Shown here piece by piece: positions 57,670 through 64,000 of a stretch of DNA of 64,000 bases. A program made the translations under genes and the position numbers. The notes beneath the pieces were generated by a model. The model was given only the letters and a program-made list of their open reading frames with translations. It was not told the origin of the DNA and made no database searches. The DNA comes from the human T2T-CHM13v2.0 reference genome, Homo sapiens, in assembly GCF_009914755.1 (NCBI RefSeq), contig NC_060943.1; one strand, written 5' to 3'. The stretch's first letter is position 1; every line of letters begins with the position of its first letter.

Positions 57670-58438
57670 TGACACAACCTTAGAATTTTAATTTGGTCGT
57701 AAGTTTTTTTGTTTTGTTTTGTTTTTGGAGACAAGGTCTCACTCTGGTACCTAGGCTGGAGTACAGTGGCACAACCATAGCTAATAACTTGGTTGTAACA
57801 GTTCCTTAAAAAATATTTTTGGCAGAGTTTGATGGCTAACACCTGTAATCCAAACACTTTGGAAGACCATGGTGGAATGATTGCTTAAACCTAGGAGTTC
57901 AAGACCAGTCTGGGCAATGTAGTGAGATTCAGTCTCAACAAAAACGTTAAAAATTGGCCTCATGTGGTGTTGCATGCCTGTAGTCCCAGCTACTTGAAAG
58001 GCTGAGGTGGAACCATCACTGGAGGTTGAGGCTGCAGTGACCAGTGACCCATCATTCAGCTACTACACTCCAGCCTGGGTGACAGAGTGTATACACACAC
58101 ACACACACACACAGAGACACATACATATATATATACACACATATATATGTACCCTATGTATATAATCAAAATAATATGTATGTTGAAAGAAATTCAAGCA
58201 CAGAAGAAAAGTGAAAGACCCTGGTTGGGAATGTGGTAAAAGATGAGCATGGCTCTTACGGCTCAGTGAGATTTGTTTTTCCATCTTGAGGAACTGCTCT
58301 CCCACACTGAAACCACAACCCAGCACATGCCAGTTCTCACACTATTTATACTTTGCTCAAAGGCAGCAGAAATAGGCCAACATCATGGTTTCTGACATGG
58401 AAGTCTATTCCCCACTGAGACATTTTAAAAATGTTATT

Positions 58439-60079
58439 CTCCCTCTCCCTCTCCCCCTCCCCCTCCCCCTCCCCCCCATCCCTCTCCCCACGGTCTCCCT
58501 CTCCCTCTCTTTCCACGGTCTCCCTCTGATGCCGAGCCGAAGCTGGACTGTACTGCCGCCATCTCTGCTCACTGCAACCTCCCTGCCTGATTCTCCTGCC
58601 TCAGCCTGCCGACTGCCTGCGATTGCAGGTGCGCGCTGCCACACCTGACTGGTTTTCGTATTTTTTTGGTGGAGACGGAGTTTCACTGTGTTGGCCGGGC
58701 TGGTCTCCAGCTCCTAATCAGGAGTGATCCGCCAGCCTCGGCCTCCCGAGGTGCCGGGATTGTAGACGGAGTCTCGTTCACTCAGTGCTCAATGTTGCCC
58801 AGGCTGGAGTGCAGTGGCGTGATCTCGGCTGGCTACAACCTCCACCTCCCAGCCGCCTGCCTTGGCCTCCCAAAATGCCGAGATTGCAGCCTCTGCCCGG
58901 CCGCCACCCCGTCTGGGAAGTGAGGAGCATCTCTGCCTGGCTGCCCATGGTCTGGGATGTGAGGAGCCCCTCTGCCCGGCTACCCAGTCTGGGAAGTGAG
59001 GAGCACCTCTTCCCGGCACCATCCCATCTAGGAAGTGAGGAGCGTCTCTTCCCGGGCGCCGATCGTCTGAGATGTGGGGAGCGCCTCTGCCCCGCCGCCC
59101 CGTCTGGGATGTGAGGAGCGCCTCTGCCCGGCCGCGACCCCGTCTGGGAGGTGAGGAGCGTTTCTGCCCGGCCGCCCCGTCTGAGAAGTGAGGAGCCCCT
59201 CTGCCTGGCAGCCACCCCGTCTGAGAAGTGAGGAGCCCCTCCGCCCGGCAGCCGCCCCATCTGGGAAGTGAGGATCGTCTCCGCCCGGCAGCTGCCCCGT
59301 CCAGGAGGTGGGGGGCAGCCCCCGCCCGGCCAGCCGCCCCGTCCCGGAGGGAGGTGGGGGCCAGCCCCCGCCCGGCCAGCCGCCCCGACCCGGAGGGAGG
59401 TGGGGGCCAGCCCCTGCCCGGCCAGCCGCCCCGTCCGGGAGGGAGGTGGGGGGCTCCTCTGCCCGGCCGCCGCCCCGTCCAGGAGGTGGGGGGCGCCTCT
59501 GCCCGGCCACCCCTTCTGGGAAGTGAGGAGCCCCTCTGCCCGGCCGCCACCCCATCTGGGGAGGTGTACCCAACAGCTCATTGAGAACGGGCCATGATGA
59601 CGACGGCAGTTGTGTTGAATAGAAAAGGGAGAAAAGGGGGAAATGTGGGGAAAAGATAGAGAAATCAGATTGTTGCTGTGTCTGTGTAGAAAGAAGTACA
59701 CATAGGAGACTCCATTTTGTTCTGTACTAAGAAAAATTCTTCTGCCTTGGGATGCTGTTGACCTTACCCCCAACCTGGTGCTCTCTGAAACATGTGCTGT
59801 GTCCACTCAGGGTTAAATGGATTAAGGGCGGTGCAAGATGCGCTTTGTTAAACAGATGCTTGAAGGCAGCATGCTCGTTAAGAGTCATCACCATTCCCTA
59901 ATCTCAAGTACCCAGGGACACAAACACTGTGGAAGGCCCCAGGGTCCTCTGCCTAGGAAATCCAGAGACCTTTGCTCACTTGTTTATCTGCTGACCTTCC
60001 CTCCACTATTGTCCTATGACCCTGCCAAATCCCCCTCTGTGAGAAACACCCAAGAATGATCAATAACAAAAAAAAGAAA
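58439..60079 (+). mobile_element. Full-length SVA (SVA_B/C-like)
   Basis: (CCCTCT)n-like hexamer head, antisense Alu-like domain, VNTR ~58890-59560, SINE-R, A-tail; 12-bp TSD aaaaatgttatt at 58427-58438 and 60080-60091. Confidence 0.97.
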
Positions 60080-63000
60080 AAAAATGTTATTATATTAAGC
60101 CCTCTTCCTTCTAATAAAGTCTATACAAATACACACATACAAGCCTGAAACTACTCTAAATAAAATATCAGGTTTTTAAAATCCCATAAAGAAACAAGCA
60201 AACACAAAATCAGCCACTTTGATTGAGGAGAGAGTGGGATGGAGGGGGTTAGGAGGCTGCCCGTATCACCTCCGGGCGGCATGTGGAGGAGCAGATGGAG
60301 TCTAGGAAGACCCTGGGGAGTCACTTGTTCTGACTGGGCTTTCTCCTAGCTCGACACTTTGCTAACCATTTCCTGGGAAGAGCTTAGGAAACTCCTGTGC
60401 TCTAGTGAGGCAGAGCCTCCCCTCACAGGGTATTGGCAAGGAGGCATTCTGAGACTGTGATTGAGAAGCTAGCACAGTGCTTGACAAGTACCTGTGGGAA
60501 CTGTCATCCTCTGTAACTATCATGTGGCCTTGGAGTGTTCAGATGGCCTGGCCTGGCCTGGGGCTTGGTGGAGATGTTTGAGGGTCAGCTGCTTTAGGCT
60601 CCCACTTTCTCCTCAATCAAAGTGGCTGTTTTTGTGTCTCTTTATTTATGGAATTTAAAAACCTGATATATAAATAGAAAGTGCAGCTGGAGGTGCCGAG
60701 GCTCAGTGTCTAGAACTGTGCTGCTTGGGCTTGCTTGCTGGCCTGTGGCCAGGTGAACTCTGGGTGTGAGGTGCTTCCCACCCTGGATCTACGATCCCCA
60801 CTACCTCTCCCAGGCCCTGAGTAACCAACACAAGGCGGTGCTAAAGAGCCGGTGAGTGACAGCCATGAAGCCCATCAAGGAAGATTTGAATGCTATCTGG
60901 GCTAGGGCTGTCAGGGGTAGGAACTATGGTGGCCTTGTCTTATCATGGCCCCACCCACAGATGTGACTGCCTGTGCTGCTTCTCCAGCAGCCAGCTGTCT
61001 GTGGCCCTGAGCCTGTCGTACCATGCCTGCTTCCTCATGCTGTTCATGTTTAAAAAAAAAAAAATCTGAGATGGCGCTGCTGGATGTGAGTGCTGGAAAT
61101 GGGGCGCCACCTTTGTCCTAGGGAATTAGGAGCTGACCAGATACCTCCTGAGTGCCCCCTATAACAAGTGGGGAGTGGTGTTGCACTAAATGATGTCCCC
61201 CCTCCTCCCACCACCGAAGATGTGTTTGTATTGGTTCAATGAATATACAATGCAGAGACCTAAATGAAGACACATGAATGGGTGTATGTGGACATCAGCT
61301 TGCAGCTGGGAAACAGGTGCCTCTCATTCTCCCCAGCAAGTGTGGAAGGTGTCCATGCCCATGAGTGTATAGATCTGGCCTTTTTCTTAATTTGTTCACA
61401 ACCCCAGGTCTGTTCTGAGTGAATGATGTGCAGATGAGATTTCTCAGGTCATTGGTATGTTTGACCTTGTGGCTGCTGCTTTTGCTGCCACTACCCCCAA
61501 GCCCAACCTGGCTTAAAGTCCAGGCTTTAGGTCAAAAAGACGGAGGGCTTCCTGTGTTCTGGGATGGGAAGTTCTCGATCTGTGGTAGGACTGGGTGTTG
61601 GGGTACACTTTAGTTTCGTGTAGGATGTGAGCTGCAGTGGTTTTATTAATTGTGATTGCCCTGGCCTGGTTGTAGCTCCGGGTGGGGAGAAGGAATCAAC
61701 AGTGGTGTTTCCCCAGATATCCATGTGCCCAGCCCTGGCCTTCCTGCCCTCAGACCCAGAAGTAAGCACCACCACAGACTCTGACTTGCCTCCCTACTCC
61801 CCATACCCCAGATGGGAATACCTTGAAGGCTACAATCTGGAAGTATTATTCTCCTCATTTTAACCAGACCCACATAAACACACAGTGTGGGAGTGAGGGT
61901 AGGATGGGTTGGGGACCTGGGGAGAACCAGAGTGGAATCATAAATCCTTGGGAAAAGTTAAAGATACAGAAGTGGTGGTAACCTCTCCATGAAGCCCAGC
62001 TCCCTACCTGATTTTTGCCACACAGTCCCTCCTACAGACACTGTAGGGTGGCTCTGGGGGTTGTTGGGGATCCCTATAGGCCTGGGCTGCTCTCTGTCCC
62101 CACCTGCCTGTGCTCCTTCTCTCTTTTGTTGTTGTTGTTGTTGTTTGTTTGTTTTGTTTTGTTTTTCAGATGGCAGTTTCATTCTTGTTGCCCAGGCTGG
62201 AGTGCAATGGCACGATTTTGACTCACTGCAACTTCTACCTCCTCGGTTCAAATGATTCTCCTGCCTCAGCCTCCTGAGTAGCTGGGATTACAGGTGCACA
62301 CCACCACACATGGCTAATTTTTGTATTTTTAGTAGAGAAGGGTTTTCGCCATGTTGACCAGCCTCATCTCAAACTCCTGACTTCAGGTGATCCGCCTGCC
62401 TCAGCTTCCCAAAATGCTGAGATTACAGCTGTGAGCCACCACACCCGGCCCCTGTGCTCCTTCTCTTTGCCTGCTGTCAGGGCCCTAACGTGGAGAAGGA
62501 GGCAGGTCCTCAGCCTCAGGTATAGCTGAATGTCTTTTGGAGTGTTTGAAGCATGCTTTATGTCTTAGAAATTCTAAAAAGTAAAACGAATTCCAATTGT
62601 AATGTCTGTTAGTTTTCCTGAGCCAACTGGAAGAAAAGGATTTTTCACCTGAAATTTTTAAATGACACCCAAGGATAGCCACCAGTGTCTTGGCCATGGA
62701 AACCTCCTATGTGCTTCCCACCCCTGGTTTGATTTGCAACCTCATGATTGTGTTGCCCTGAACATACTTTCCTCTGGTGAATATGGTTCACATGGTTAAC
62801 ACCACTTCATGAGAGGGGGGCATCATGTAGAGATGAGAATGGATTGTCTTTAGTTACCATTGTGCCTCTTTGTCACCTGAGAGGCTCACTTTTCCTGGCT
62901 GATTCCATAAGTGTGTTAGTGTTGTCAGACACCTCTGGACAACTCAAATGACAAGGGGCTGTTGTTTTATAAAGGAAACAAAGGCTTTGGATGTGAAATC

Positions 63001-64000
63001 CTTCTTTTCTTTTTCCCTTCTTTTAGGTGAAATACTTCAGTTTTTTTCTTAAGGGTAAACAGTGGTATCTTAGCAGGTTTAGCGTAAGAATTGGCATGTG
63101 CTAGGTTGTGGTTTCAGTGTGGATGGGCAGTTCCCAAGATGGAGAACCAGGTCTCACTGAATTGCAGGAGCCACACTTTCTCTTTTTCATATCCCCCACC
63201 ATGTGCACGTGTGTGTGTGTGTGTGTGTGTTTACACATACAGGTCTCACTCTGTAACCCAAGCTGGAGTGCAGTGGCTGAATGATGGGTCACTGCAGCTT
63301 CAAACTTTCAGTCTTAAGTGATCCTCCTGCCTCAGCCTCCCCAGTAGCTGGGACCACCGGCATGCACCAGCCTGCCTGGTTCTTTTTTTTTTTTTTTGGT
63401 ATTTTTTTAAAGTAGAGACAGAGCCTTGCCATGTTGGGTAGGCTGGTCTTGAACTCCCGAGCTCAAGCAATCCACCCGCATTGGCTTCCCAATGTACTGA
63501 ACTACAGACATAAGCCACTGTGCCCGGCCTAGTTTTATTATCTGATTACACAAGTATATTTCTTCATAACAATTCACTGAGCTTTACTTGAATGAAGAAT
63601 TTCTTCATGTATTTCTCTATGCATGTTACATATCAATAAAAAATTACATAGTACATATTTGCACAAAATGCTAACTCACTATCTCAAAATAACAGCAGTA
63701 ATTTTTTTTTGCTTGTTTCATGGTGAGACACACTCAGAACATGATCATACTTCTCTGCTATCATGACACACTTATTTCACAGTTTTTTATGGCTCTACAA
63801 ACAATAGAAATAAAGAAGGGGTCTCTTGTGTGCACTTATGGGGTATACTTAAATGTAGAGAATTTTGCAGCCAACATTATATATGAAAAAACTTACACCT
63901 TGATAGGTAAAAGATGAAGGGCCAGCCTGTGTGAGAAATTTTTATGGGATATTTGTTCCCTCACAATATCAGAAACAGAATATTGGTCCACTGCTCTTAA

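Noticed and set aside
58778-59806. Long ORFs (342, 253 and 181 aa)
   Set aside because: Stop-poor GC-rich SVA VNTR; not genes.
61627-61863. ORF with DLPPYSPYP, reminiscent of a retroviral Gag late domain
   Set aside because: Too short, with no other Gag or LTR/PBS evidence nearby.

Overview
Primate (most likely human chr19p12) DNA covering the 5' part of the KRAB zinc-finger gene ZNF91 on the minus strand. Coding exon 1 is 35190-35161, KRAB-A is 14600-14474, KRAB-B is 13673-13578, and the zinc-finger exon runs from 2570 off the left edge with about 27 finger repeats, including an internal 7-finger duplication. The locus carries three SVA retrotransposons, the elements ZNF91 is known to repress: two 5'-truncated copies in inverted orientation in intron 3 and a full-length copy 23 kb upstream. 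Intron 1 holds an old L1 containing a CDC42EP3 processed pseudogene, and L1-derived sequence has been locally copied twice (one ~680-bp inverted copy, one ~150-bp direct copy). Upstream lie an LTR10-type solo LTR with AP-1 sites, ~9 kb of diverged beta-satellite, and an orphan KZNF-type promoter with a 30-nt phase-0 first exon (probably LINC01224) that could splice in frame into the ZNF91 KRAB exon. The main hypothesis is an SVA-sensing feedback circuit wired into the ZNF91 locus. Repeat subfamily names and the LINC01224 identity come from recalled consensus and annotation, not from searches. Repeat boundaries without TSDs are approximate.
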